Source: Dicyema japonicum (Eukaryota > Animalia > Dicyemida). From it: a DNA stretch of 64,000 bases. The position numbers and the translations under genes were made by a program. Shown piece after piece: positions 37,701 to 50,449 of this stretch (positions are counted from its first letter, which is position 1; every line of letters begins with the position of its first letter). The DNA lies in contig RDEW01000005.1 of NCBI GenBank assembly GCA_011109175.1, positions 1,422,657-1,486,656 on the forward strand, written 5' to 3'. The notes below the pieces were generated by a model. It did no database searches and was not told the DNA's origin. It was given only the letters and a program-made list of their open reading frames with translations.

Positions 37701-40590
37701 GAATAAAGCGGCACGCTACTTGTTGTGGTCGTTGTGGTGCTAAAAAGAAGCGAAAAAGAAAGGAAAATCAGAAAAGAACATGCAGAAAACACATCTTTGT
37801 TCACTGCCCATCTATGGATCACGTTACATTCGAAGAAATACTACTTTTATTTGCGAGATCGAAAGAGCGTGTCTTGTGGATATTGCAACGGGAGGAAGTA
37901 CGGGTTGAATTGCACATTTTGCGGGAGATTTTTCCACCTCTGGTGTGTCCGAATGTCGAAATTGCCCGCGAGATCTTTATACAAATGGGACTGCGCATAC
38001 TGTATGGATGCCGATCCCGCTCGGTGCCGTCATCCGGCCGAATCCAGTGATCCCTCTTATTCTTATTCTGGACAAATCGAACCCTATTTGTTACGCCTAT
38101 CGGAGAGTCGGAAAGGTAGACGGATTCCACTGAGGATACCAAAGGCCGCTCGAATTCCCGCTGCTAAATGCCTTACGTCATTAATTTATAAAGCCATCAG
38201 TATCAGCGACCAGGCCTCTTGGATACGTCTACTGAGCTTTGCACCTATGACCCTTGGAATTTCTGACTCAGAGCAAGCTCGCAATGGATCACTTGCCTCA
38301 AAAATCAAAGAATACTTCTGCCTTTTTGGCCACTTCAACGCAGCAAGACTCAGAATCGATCCTGACAAGTACTTCAAGGTAAACAGTTGTCTACAGAAGC
38401 TGGGAGTAAACAGGAAGATTCTAAAACATTTCGAGAGAGAGTGAACCGAAAACTGATGGAAGGGGACGTTCGCGCAGCTGTAAGAGTGGTGTCTTGTGAC
38501 GAAGCGTGTTGAAGCCGTGCCGTGAAGTCTTGGAGTTATTGAGAAGGAAACACCCTGCTCCACCACCGAACCAGCGGAACTTGACAATGCCAGAAGACCT
38601 CCCGGCATTTACTCCCACGGAATTTGAAGTAGTGCGTGGAATAAAGTCTTTTGCACCCAGTTCCCAGTAGCTGCGGTGGTCTGGACGGACTACGCCCAAG
38701 CCATGTAAAGGACTTGACCTCCGAAGCTACTGCTGAAGCCGGCCGTGCTTTGTTGACGTCTATCACCTTGCTCACTCGAATAGCTAATGGTGATATTCCA
38801 AAATTTGCTAGAGATCTTCTTTTTGTGGACATCTATTGGCATTCCGAAAAGGAGATGAGGTGTCCGCCCAATTGCGATCGTTACATACTTTCGAAGGCTA
38901 GTTGCTAAAATCGCTGTCCGGAGAGTCTCCCACAATGTTGCTGAAGAGCTGTTCTCGACTCAACTTGGGTGGGAGTGACCGGTGGTTGCGAGGCAGCAGT
39001 CCACGCCGCGAGGAGTTACTTCAACAACAATAATTCACAGACCAAAGGCTAGGCCTGAAGCTTAAATTATCAAAGGCGTTCAACACGTTGAGGAGAGACT
39101 GTATTTTGGAAACCTGTTGGAAGAGAGCTCCAGAGATTGGCCGACTTGTACACTTATCGTATGGGACGGACTCAGCCTTAGTTTACGGAAACGATATCGT
39201 TTATTCACGCACAGGCGTTCATCAAGGAGACTCTCTAGGGCCTTTGCTTTTTGCAATGACAATTGACACAGTGGCACGAAACATAAACAGTTAACACAAC
39301 CTGTGGTACTTGGACGACGCCACAATAGCTGGCCCATGGAGAATGTATATCAGGATATTTCTTCAACCATTCCAGCTCTAAACGAATTGGGTTTAAGTGT
39401 CAATGTTATGAAATCGGAACTGATCAATATTTCCTGCTCATCTCCAAGCTTTTCTACTGCCTGCAAAGAATTCAGATCCCTACTTCCAGGTTTCAGCATA
39501 TCCTCCTTGGACAAGGCACACTTCCTTGGCTGCCCTCTCGGAAACGACGAGATGGAAAACTGCCTTACCAGTAAGAATAATGAAGTTGAAGCCTTTACAA
39601 AGAGAGTATCATTTGGATCCACATGTGTCTTTCTTGCTCAAGAAATGTATTTCCATGTCGAAGATGATGTACATTTTGAGATGTTCACCATGTTTTGAAC
39701 ACCGGACAGCACTATTCGGCTGATGGGATCTGAGACGGTCGGCGGAGTCAATACTGAATGTCAAATTCGATGATTTGGCTGGACAATGTGCAAACTGCCT
39801 GCGAGAAATGGGGGCATTGGGTTGATCCCCCTTGAAGCCGCCCTGCCTACTTTTCATCCCTTGCGAGCTGCAGTCGCTTGGTCCAAACAGTCCTACGTAA
39901 CGCAACCAGACATACCTTGGACTCGGAGCTTGATAGAGTTTGCAAGTTGTGGGGTGAGTTGGGCTTGGAATTACCGTCGAACTTTGCTTGCTAGAAGAGT
40001 TGTGACTCAATTGCATATATGAGCACTCTGGGGCAGCGAAGACATGCGCCAAACGACACCGACTAGCAAACATTAAGTCGGCCGCACATTGCGGAAATGG
40101 AGTCTGGCTCGAGGCCCTACCGTGCCCACATCTGGGGACCCTCCTTGACGAAAACAGCCTGAGAATCGAGGTGCACTGCGCCTATGAGTAAACATATGTC
40201 TGAGACACAAATGCAGTTGCGGCTGGGACGTTGTTACGAAGGACTTACATCTACTCACTTGCGGACGAAGTGTTAGTCGAGCCCCGAGTCACGCAGCATT
40301 AAAATACATCCTTTCTCGAGACCTCAAGGTCGAGTATTTTCGGCCCAATTGGAACCTTTGGGCTTAGACAGAGGCGATGGAAGAGGCCGGATGGCATGAC
40401 GTTATTCCATACTCCTACGGAAAATCACTCGTCTGGGACGCAACGTGTGTGGACACATTCTCAGGTGCCAGATCGCTGACGGCGACGCACTCTCCTGGAG
40501 ACGCAGCCAACTAGGCGGAGACCAAGAAAATCCGTAAGTGCGAATCCATCGGAGACCATTACCATTTCACCCTCATTGCTGTGAAGACAA
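37700..40590 (+). mobile_element. CRE-like RLE non-LTR retrotransposon, near full length, with an N-terminal PHD finger; frameshifted; extreme 3' end missing
   Basis: PHD at 37875-38003 in frame with RIPKAAR..AA..LT. Then [92 protein letters not shown]. Confidence 0.9.
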
Positions 40591-40914
40591 CTGGAACCGT
40601 GGGAATGGTTTTTTTGTTAATAAAATCGAAAAAAATAAAAGTTAGGGGCTGCAGTTTGATTCCATAGCTATTTTCTTCCCTGACTGTCAGGAAAATCCTC
40701 TCAAATCTTTACCAGTGATCAGGTGGTCTTCTGAGCGGATGAGATGAGGTTTCCTATTCAGACAAATTGATTTTGTTCTAGCAATTTAAAATTTAAATCG
40801 CACTTTAAAATTTGAATGACAAGTGGAATACAATGATAGTTATTTCCATTATTTTGAAAAAAACCCTTGTGTTGGTTTTGACTGACTATTGTTACTATTT
40901 TAGTGTATTTTATA

Positions 40915-41010
40915 TTCTGCTGGTTATTTGAGCGAATCTCGCTCGCTATCCTGAAAGGGAATAGCCACGCAGTCAGGGCAGCTGCTATATAACCGTTTAC
41001 TCTCTTTTCT
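40915..41010 (+). mobile_element. CRE-like extreme 3' tip
   Basis: Nearly identical to 24195-24290 (ctggttatttgagcgaatctcg..tatataaccgtttact). Confidence 0.8.
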
Positions 41011-41199
41011 TTAATAAAAATTGAATTTTTATATTCTTTTAAATTGAATAAAATATTGAAATGATTTGAGTTCCAGTTGTCAAGAGACAATGCGCATACA
41101 AGGAGGTGTCGAAACCATCACATTTCCTGAGCCTCATCGATCTAGACAATAACCCTCTTACTCGTCTTTGATTGGATTTTAAATTTTATTTTATAACTT

Positions 41200-41620
41200 T
41201 TTTAATTCGAGAGTGAAGATAACAGATTTTAATCACTTTTTTGTATTCCCACAAGCCGAAAGGATAAAAAGTATTCATACATTCAATAATAAAATACTAC
41301 ACCGTCTTTTTTCTCCTTCAATCAACCGATCAGAGTCTTCTTTTCCGAGGGACATCAGGGTAAAACTGACTCGTCAATTATATGCGTACCACCCTTCTCT
41401 ATCGGTGTACGCACGTAAACTGGATGATGTAAAAGATGTCCTCTTTTCCTTATGTAACCTCTCCGAGTTGATGGCAAATCACCATTTTAAATGTCTTGAA
41501 TGAGTACAATGTTCGTCTACAATGCCGAGACTGCTCGATATCGACCGCCATTTGGTGCGTCCTACTAAATAGTCGCAGGTCTCCTACAAATTAATGAGGC
41601 CGACTTAACAAACTGATGCA
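41200..41620 (+). mobile_element. LINE (family A2) 3' fragment
   Basis: IRVKL..HPSL..C..HHFKC; the terminus gcgtcctactaaatag..ctcctacaa matches 48875-48910. Confidence 0.75.
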
Positions 41621-41779
41621 CTCACTCAATTACTCCCACATTACTGTTGATAGTTTTCTGAGCCCACAAACTTGAGAACTGAAACATTTTCCATTCAGAA
41701 ATTAGTAGAACGATTCGGCATATCAAAACTGTTGTCTAAAATTTAACATTCGGATCTGAGTTACTCAACTTTGCTTTTT

Positions 41780-43640
41780 TATAAAGTCAATGCTTGTAAA
41801 TATGACACTCCATCTGTTCATGATGGTTTGAAAGCCACGTGGCACCATGTGCTTCTATGTGGCTAATTATTGAAAACTTTTCTTCTTTCTCTGATGGCGT
41901 CATTGGATCTATCTTAATAAGGAGAAGCCTAACTATTCGATCCATCAGGAGACAATTTCGTCCCCTGGTAAAGAGTTCTAGAGTCGACCTCAGCTTTCGG
42001 ACAACGTTCTTGGTGAAACACTTCAGTGCCAAGGAATCAGTTAGTTTGGTTTTACCCTTGGTCTTTGGAACAATTTTATTTAATATGAAAATAGATCTTG
42101 GATCAATGTCCTCCAAATCAGAAGCATTGGGGCCCACCTTTACGACGTTACTCTCCCAATCAATATCTCTTTCAGAAATGGGGATATGCCAGACTCACAA
42201 GTGCTTATGCTGTGGTACCGTCGACTGTTATCAAAGAAGCGCAGATAGACTCTCAAGGCATAATGCTATAAACAGAAACGTGAAGTGTGTTATGGAATCT
42301 GCTAAATACAGGTCGGTCTAGACAGAGTAGATGGAAAACGACTGGACGAAATGACATTTTTCAGTTCAAAAAGTAGAAAGCCATTGGTACATGCATCGCT
42401 AAGAAGGCCATGGGGACGAAATATAAAGGGTTTCAGACCGGTTCACGTTTCGAAGTGTCGAGGTTGAGATAACTGGAGGAACAAGTGGGATATCACTTCA
42501 TTTTCTCAAAAAGTTACTAATTCGACGATGATAATCCGCATCACACTAGTAGCTATGTGGCAAAACCGTTGATATCCATGCACACCACGCTCGATCCTGT
42601 CAAGAAACCGGAGAGATCCTTGAGACATAATTCAGTATAGAGTCTGGTGGATATCTCTCCATACTAGAGCCCGTTAGCATAGTAAGAGGAAACGCAAAAT
42701 GTCTTAATGAAATTACAATCTTTCCGTTCGAGGAAAGTAAGTATAGGAAACCATCTATATCCTACCAACATTATCAGGAGAGCGTTAAATGCATTATTCG
42801 CGGAGGAGGCTGATTGGAAAAATACTAAAGACTCTTCAACCGGTTCACGTGCGATTGCTGTCGAGACAACTACGCTTGAGTAGAAAGTTTTTATCTTTCC
42901 TTTTATGAATGTGGAAATCTGACCACACAGAGAAGCCATCGAGAAACGTGGCTCTTTTTTTTCTGAAATATACATTTCGAGAATTAATGTTTAATGACAA
43001 AACAAAATAATTGTCTCAACAATTTGCTTATAAATCTCTTAGATAACACATTGTGTGGCGTTAGAGCAAGTTTTGCATGGAAAAGAACCGTTAGACATTT
43101 CCATTTCTCTACAATACTCAGAAGGATGACCCCTCTTTATTACTTCTGGCTGGCGATTACAGGACAAATTGACTATTCTTAACAACCGAGGATTTTTATG
43201 GAATTTGTCCCGTCAAAAGAGTATTCATGAGGGAGAACAAGTAAGCTAGTAAGAAATAGCGGCGGAATGTGGTCGCTGCCAATATACGGAAGTAATGAGT
43301 GATAGCAGGAGAAATCAAGAAAACATTCATTTTGTGACCTTTGTAAGGAGAGAAGTGATTATCTCTTTCGATGTAAGGACTTTTACCCCAAGGCCTTCAA
43401 TAGGTTCTTCAATAGCTTGCTATCCCTGTTTTAATTCTTAAAACTTAAAGACGTGATCTTGGAGTTGAGATCTCCCAGAATAGCCATCGGTTTTTAACGG
43501 AAAAACACAGAGATCTCCGGAACATTTTCTCAAGAATTTTTAATATAGACCGATAATGGCGACCCAACAGTCGACACAACAAACATCGATGGCAACAAAC
43601 CCTCACAAAAATGATGCGATAATTATCAGATTCTTTGACT
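41780..43640 (-). mobile_element. Heavily decayed APE-type LINE (APE to RT start)
   Basis: AIIGLY, AILGDLNSK, YIGSDHIP, IVPKTKGK. Many stops. Confidence 0.45.
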
Positions 43641-43649
43641 TTAGGTGAC

Positions 43650-43860
43650 ACTGATAAAAAATCGACGTCCCGTCCATCGTATTGCCCCTTCTTTCCAAAC
43701 TAAAAATACATAATCGAAACTCCGTAGTAAAGAAGTCTTATCTGTCTTTATCTTTGTTTGGTTGAAAATTATTATATCTACTGTAGCCTTCGAAGTATGT
43801 GGAGGTTCATTATCTTGCATAAAAACAAAATTAATGTCTTCAAATAAAAAATTCACTCAA
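43650..43860 (-). mobile_element. Tc1/mariner DDE remnant
   Basis: FVFMQDNEPPHTSKAT matches the Tc1 F.QDN.P.HTSK motif. Confidence 0.6.
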
Positions 43861-45149
43861 TTAGATATTTAATATATCCCGACCAATTTCTCCGTTCAGG
43901 TTTTTTTCATAAAAGTGGGTTCAAGACCCTTTGGACACAGAACTGCAAACCATTAATTATCAGGTGAACAGTTAAACATCTTTTATCGTATGTTTCAAGG
44001 ATTGTTTCATCGAACACGTTATCCTTCGCCTTCGCAAAACTCAAACTCTGATATCGAAGTGAAATTAGTTCGTATATGGTGGTCGAACAGAGACAGTCTC
44101 TAGTTAGAAAACAATGGAGGTCTTTGTATCGCATTTCAGGAGTTTCTAGATAATCTATTTGTGATGATCTGAGACCTCGTCTGATTTCTTCGAACCGGCC
44201 TGGTGTGAATAGGCAGGAGGACAGAGTGGAACTCCACAAAAACCTCTTCTTGGTCTTTGATGATAGAAGAGAGGATTTATCCATTTGCGGTTACTTAAGG
44301 ATTGAAAATACGAAAAAGACCATCATCCAGAGTTGCTCATCTCTCGACTCGAAAAAAGCATATGGCAAAGAAACAATGTATCGGACCTGTTAGAGGATCT
44401 GACTTTTATTTTTAATGAAATAAGAAAAGCAGGAAATTCTTTTCCGTCTTGGAACCAGCGAAAGAGGTGTCTCCTTGTGTGGAGATAGAAGATCAAAGAA
44501 GCAGTTTTGTAATCTCATCGCCTTGGAGTGGTGACCACAGTTATGGAGGAAGTAACCTGCGCAGAAGGAGTTGCTGATTACAAATTTACAGGAGTTCGAA
44601 TTAGACACACTTTGTATCAAAGATTCGATTTTTAGGAAATGAAAGTAGTATAGTCATGTTAGATTCGCAGTCAGAAGATTCTCGAGGGTCTACTATTTTT
44701 TCTTTTCTCTACAAGAACGGCTAATAAAGCGAAGATTGTGCACTACTACCACTATCATGAACTTGGTAAAGGAAGACTAAAGCTGAAGAAATAAAAATAG
44801 TTCCATGTGATTGCTAATGAGGTAGAACAATAAGAAGGAAGTCTTTGTCTTTTCTCAAGAATCTGAATCATTCACCCATAGTCATAAGTACATCAGTAAA
44901 CCCAGTGGCAACTCCGAGTCAATTAAGTCTGTGGGGATAAATAATTATAACATTATGAGGGCTACATTTTAATTCGATATCAATTTAATATTGCTTATCT
45001 AATCATTAATTTGACCTACACAATTTATTTTATAAAATTTTAAATAATTTATGGAAAAGTTTATAATTTTCAAAAAACGCTTATCGAAACGACTAGGATG
45101 TTTCCATGCCTCATCTCACATTAGGCAGATCTCACACTTATTAGTAAAG

Positions 45150-45330
45150 AACAGTCATGTTCATTAATCCAAGACATCGAAGGTGTTTTTAACTTGGTGC
45201 TTTTTACTCATTGTGAGTCCTGAGACAATCCGGTTCCGATTGATGAATCACTGATGACGTCATCACCTGTCAATCCCAGAAGTTTTGTAGATGAGTGAAA
45301 GCGAAATGGACAGCAGCGAGATTCGGCATC
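45150..45330 (+). pseudogene. Decayed ECM29-like gene fragment (copy C)
   Basis: IQDIEGVFNL..TIRFR..ESLMTSS; DNA similarity to copies A and B. Confidence 0.45.
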
Positions 45331-45507
45331 GGATTTGGCACTTATGTTTAAAAAAATTTAGAATAAATTTTGATATTTCACCATATTCGTTATCAGCCTA
45401 ACTATCCTGATAAAAATAATAATCACAGTTCATAAATTAAATGATTAAATTTTATTAGTAAACCCAAACAAAAATATTAGACCCTAGAAAAGACAAGAGT
45501 TAGTGAG

Positions 45508-47066
45508 TTAGGATTGGCAAAATCCCAAAAACTGGCACAATTCTGTTTCGTCAGAATTGAAGAAAGTCTCTAAGACATTCTCAGCAATTTTGTATTTATT
45601 TTGGTCTTCAAATAACGAGGCAGCAAATTAACGCATGTATTCCTAAATTTATGGTTATAGGTTACCCCAAAAGAATTAATATTAATTCCACTGAAGATCT
45701 GTTCACAAATACTGCAAGTTAGGTTTTCCTGCAGAAATAAATCATTATTACAGTATTTCCATCAATTGATGACCTTTCAGTAGATTTCTCATTTGAATAG
45801 TCGACAGGGCACTCTCTATTCTCTATGCAGTATTTAGTGGCGAGCTCGACTTCATTAAAATCTTGTTTAGAATAATATTTCAATGTTATAACAGATTTTT
45901 TACCTTATTTGCCAGCCCCATAGACTTGTATTTTATGCAATATTCACAGCTGCTGTAAGGCGACTAAGGATAACTATAAATCCCCACATCAGAAGAGTCT
46001 CTATTTCGGTTTCTTGATCTATCACCGTTGTTCCGGTCATTGTAGTTTGAAGGACATTCTTCCTGATTGATGCAATACTCTATTGCCCTTTCCTCCACAT
46101 TGAAATTATCATTTGAACGTTTTTTCTAGGATTGATTTGCTTTAATTACCCATTCTTTCAATCCCACCATTTTATATTTTATGCACTGTTCACAAGTTTT
46201 ATGCGTTGACTAAGGATAACTATAAATCCCCACATCAGAAGAGTCTCTATTTCGGTTTCTTGATCTATCACCGTTGTTCTGGTCATTGTAATTTGAAGGA
46301 CACTCTTTCTGATTGATGCAATACTCTATTGCCCTTTCCTCCACATTGAAATTATCATTTGAACGTTTTTTCTAGGATTGATTTGCTTTAATTACCCATT
46401 CTTCCAATCCCACCATTTTATATTTTATGCACTGTTCACAAGTTTTATGCGTTGACTAATGATAACTATAAATCCCCACATCAGAAGAGTCTCTATTCCG
46501 TTTCTCGATCTATCACCGTTGTTCTGGTCGTTGTAATTTGAAGGACATTCTTCCTGATTGATGCAATACTCTATTGCCCTTTCCTCCACATTGAAATTAT
46601 CATTTGAATGTGTTTTCTAGATTGATTTGCTTTAATTACCCATTCTTCGAGTCCCTTCATTTTGTATTTAACACACTGTTCACATTTGTAGTTATCACTG
46701 TTCTGCTGTGATTTATTGTACTTTACTTTGCGGTCGTCAGAATTCCTTCCTCGATTTCTATCATCTCGTCTGTCATTGTGATGGCGATTTCGACGATTTT
46801 CATGATTCTATTTTAAGGAAAATTTTCAAAATACACGATCATTGTCGTTTCGGTTCTGAAAATGAATTAAAGAAATACATTATCTGAGTTATGACCATGT
46901 CTATTATGTCTGTCATTATTCTATTAATTTTACAATATTATATACGTTTCGATTGTGAGAATTTTTCGATCTATAGTTTTAATATAATATAACCTGAACA
47001 ATCTGAGTGAGTAATAAAAATCCTAAATTTGATTCACTAAAACTTCTAACCGATAATTGATATCAT
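45508..47066 (-). CDS. Unknown multi-exon protein, probably secreted: N/D/R/H-rich region followed by tandem CxxC..Cx5C modules and a terminal saposin-like CxxC..CQFLGFC domain
   Basis: Splicing canonical 21-28-nt GT-AG introns gives MISIIGFLLLTQIVQ (signal-like), NDRHNRH-rich micro-exons, three modules (TCEQCIKYKM..YCINQKECP), one diverged module (SCEYC..YCIENRECP) and ENLTCSIC..ELCQFLGFCQS*. A few lesions are present (see findings). Confidence 0.7.
45962..46690. repeat. Tandem repeat, 246-bp unit x3, near-identical
   Basis: Units start at 45962, 46208 and 46454. Each is two exons (60+138 nt) plus two ~24-nt introns on the minus strand. Confidence 0.95.
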
Positions 47067-47229
47067 TTTCGAATACTCAATGTATTATCAATTTTATTTT
47101 TAGTTGGTTCACCATTAACAAATATTTTTTTTTATAATGAATTAATATTTTTACTATTTTATTTAAAACAGAAAATAAGGACACTATTAATATCTTTTTT
47201 TATAAAGGGGTTAATTTACTTGGAACAAT

Positions 47230-48930
47230 TTCATTACAATAATTAACCACCGAACAAAACTTAAGGATTTTTGGGGCACTTTACGTGGAATTCAGTCGAA
47301 ACAAAATAGAATGGAGACAACCCACGCCACCAGTATTGACAAGAATCAACACCACGTGATTTCACTCATCAGGCAGATGTCATAATGGACCACTACGGAA
47401 AAGTGAGTCACATAGATACGAACAAATGCTCTCGTCCATGCAAATTGAAAAGCGTTCAAACTCCTCAAGGAAAACCGATTGAACGTCGGATGTCGAAAAA
47501 CTCATCAAAAACGCCAAAAACTCTCCTGCCAAAAAGCTTGACGGAATCTGCATTTAAAGCATTTGGGAATGCAAGGACTCAAAGCAATAACAGACAATTT
47601 CTGTGTCCATCAACACCTGCAGAATTCCTGCACTATGACAAAAATCCAAAATAATCCAAATCCTGAAGCCCAATAAATATCCTTCGGATCCGGGATTTTT
47701 CAGACCAATTTCACTACTATCTGTAGTATCGAAAATTATTGAACGTGTTGTATTGAAACTAATATCGAAGTATCTTCCCTGATTTCAACATGGATTTCGT
47801 CCACCTTATTCAACATACACCTAAGCGACATTCCAATCAATTCCAAGACACTTCTCCTATTGTATGCGGATGATATGATTATTGCCTTTTAAAACATAGA
47901 CGTTAACGAAGCAACGGAAAATGTTCGGATCCACTTGAACACTTTTGAATAGTGGCTTAGAGCAAACCACCTATCCCCCTCTCCATCGAAATTCATCGTC
48001 ACTGTATTCACGTCCAACCGCCGCCAACTAAATTTTAAACCAATTTTAACAATTCATGGACAACCACTCACCGTTGCGAAACATCCCAAAATACTTGGAG
48101 TTATTTATGACCAACTACTAACTTTCTCTAAACATGTGGAGGAACAATGTACAAAGGCCTCTCACAAGATCAACATACTTAAAGCTGTGTCATTCCTTTG
48201 GCTAAACAAAGAAGCCCTAACCATCATAAACAATTCACTCGAACAACTATTAACTATGCAAGTCCTTGCTGGTCAACCTCTGCCTCTCTTACTTCTATTG
48301 ACAAACTACAAAAAATACAAAACATCGCGCTCAGCATAATTACTGGATGTCTCAGATAAACTCCTGTCAATCATCTACATTGGGAGTCAAAGATCCTACC
48401 AATTGGAGACCATCTGGAAATGAGATCCCTGCAGTTCCTCTCTTAAGCCTACAGTCTATAACATCCTTGCCAATCACTATGCAAGCAGCAAAACAAAAAG
48501 AAAATAATTATGACAACCAGCAACCTGTCTCGAATGTTATCATCTATTCCTACTATCCCCAATGACAGGAGTCGTTTGAAACAGATACACGACTTTGTTT
48601 CTACGAAAAGCATCCGAAGACTCGGAGACAAAAAAATATTACAGCGACCCCCTCCTCCAATAAACCAATCAGAATCCTCTCTTTAAGGGAAGTGCGAGTA
48701 AACCTGGCTCGTCTACGATGTGGGCACCACCCATATCTACCAACATATGATATACTCTGCACCTTTTGCAACCTCCACTGTTGACAACAAATCACCTATT
48801 TCAATGTCATGAATTGGCACAACGTTTCTCCACAATGCCAGAACTGACCGATCTATGAGAGCGACAACATCTGCTGCGTCCTACTTAATAGCTGCTGGCC
48901 TCCTACAAGTTAGTGAGGTTGGGGTTACTT
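47230..48930 (+). mobile_element. LINE (family A2, Jockey/I-group), 5'-truncated and decayed
   Basis: FRPISLLSVVSKIIERVV, QHGFR, LLYADDM, KHPKILGV.DQ.LTFSKH, RVNLARLRCGHHPYL..C..C..HLFQC. Confidence 0.85.
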
Positions 48931-49029
48931 AACTAACTAATTTACTTAACAATAAAATATTATTTATTAACTATGGGGAGAGCGGCTGCTGACATTACGG
49001 AGTAAGCGTTTCAGCGGACAACTGCGATC

Positions 49030-50345
49030 CCGACCGCTTTCCCCACGTCTTTCTTGCAGTAGGCCAATTTCCCCTGATTTCCTTCAGGAAAGAGATTGTA
49101 ATACTTCTGGCAGCACCAGACGTCTCGATTGCCTATATCTAATTTAAAAACAGAAGCTCCAACAATCGAGAGATAGAAGGCATTGCTGCACACAATGGGC
49201 ATTCACAGGCGCTGTGAAAACCACAAGCATTCGCGGGGAATTTACCAAACAACTCTAGGTTTCACAAGAGGATTCGCACGGCGAGCGTCGAGAGACTCAT
49301 GGGTTCTCTTGAGGACAGTTGTTTATATATTCATGGATACACTCTTACCTGCATCAAGTATCCCTCTGGAATTTAGTCACGATACGATCCCGTAATGGAC
49401 TTTGTATCGATGCATTACCCCCCACTTCGTTAAAAGAGACGAGCGTGCTTCTGCTTCTTCTTCACCTCCACTAATTGGAAATGTTCTTGATTAGTAATAC
49501 CCAGTTATGTCCCCCGATAACTTATAAAGGACAATATCTGGCTTATTGTGCTTTACAGCAGCGGAGGTTTTATGTCCACCTTTATCAAAACTTTTGTATT
49601 TTCAACAATAGACTGCACTTTATGATTCCTTCTGGAATGTGATGTCCCATACTTGTTGGTAAAAGTAGATGGATGTACCTCAGCCTCATTATGACATCAC
49701 ACGTAGTCGTACTCCAGCATACTGAAGCACTTAGTGGTTAAATGTTTCACGGTTTTCATTTGTGGAAACCGCCGTATGTCCACATAAAAGTTCAGCCTCT
49801 TAATGATAGCTTAATTTTCCATGCTAGAATCATACTGAAGACGCATTCAAATCTATGTGAGTGGTTTAAGGGCGTCAAAGAGACGACTATAAAGGTCTTT
49901 TTAATTAAAGTATCACTTTTTAATTCGATCAACTTCTTCACATTAAGATTCTCCCTTCCAAGGCTGATATGTGACAATAGTTCCTAAGTTGGTTTGTCTT
50001 GACTCCTCAGCAGCCAAGATTACCATTTTGTTCTCATATGTTGCTGCTTCGGACTCAAATTTCAGGAGCATACCCACCAACAGCTACACACTCAGGACTA
50101 AATTACATATACCACGACCCTGTCATGTACAGGCAGTCTATGTTCTTAAAATGCGAACATGTTTCTCTATCAACAGTCGACGGTACAAAGGTCCATCTCA
50201 GCGTACTTTTCTGGTTCAAACTCAACCAGTTCATCGTAGTTCCTTGCATTTAAACCTGTTTTGTGAATTCGACTTGTTCTTTTTATTTATCTCCGAGACA
50301 ATGACTTTGGCGTTTCCAAAATACCGAGATATTTATGTTCTTTAT
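49030..50345 (-). mobile_element. R4-like RLE non-LTR element, decayed second copy
   Basis: HKYLGILE, KTGLNARN, GRGI, HNKPDIVLY, LGITNQ..VEVKKKQK, VLKRT; same layout as 56757-58340. Confidence 0.65.
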
Positions 50346-50449
50346 GATTCTTACTAACTCAGTTCGTACTGGCTTATTACTAGCAGGTGTGCTATAGTTA
50401 ACTTCTAAAGGAACTGAGAGTGGTTTGACCCATGTTCAATGAAAATTTT

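Noticed and set aside
43880-44620. ORFs at 43907-44284, 44205-44393 and 44390-44620
   Set aside because: Only scattered RT-like words (RPIS, LDSKKAY); no coherent gene or element could be supported.
45600-45660. In-frame TAA suggesting stop-codon reassignment
   Set aside because: UBE3C, BAZ1B and the receptor end at TAA, enolase and PNKP at TAG, and METTL14 at TGA. This TAA can also be removed by a 27-nt GT-AG intron.
46135-46650. TTTAATTACCCA in each 246-bp unit resembles the nematode SL1 leader, suggesting a spliced-leader RNA gene array
   Set aside because: It is the reverse complement of the exon/5' splice site (tgg|gtaattaaag) of the minus-strand gene; no donor or Sm site follows at the expected distance.
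45962-46690. Tandem repeat read as a CRISPR-like or satellite array
   Set aside because: There are no unique spacers, and the units splice into an open protein module.
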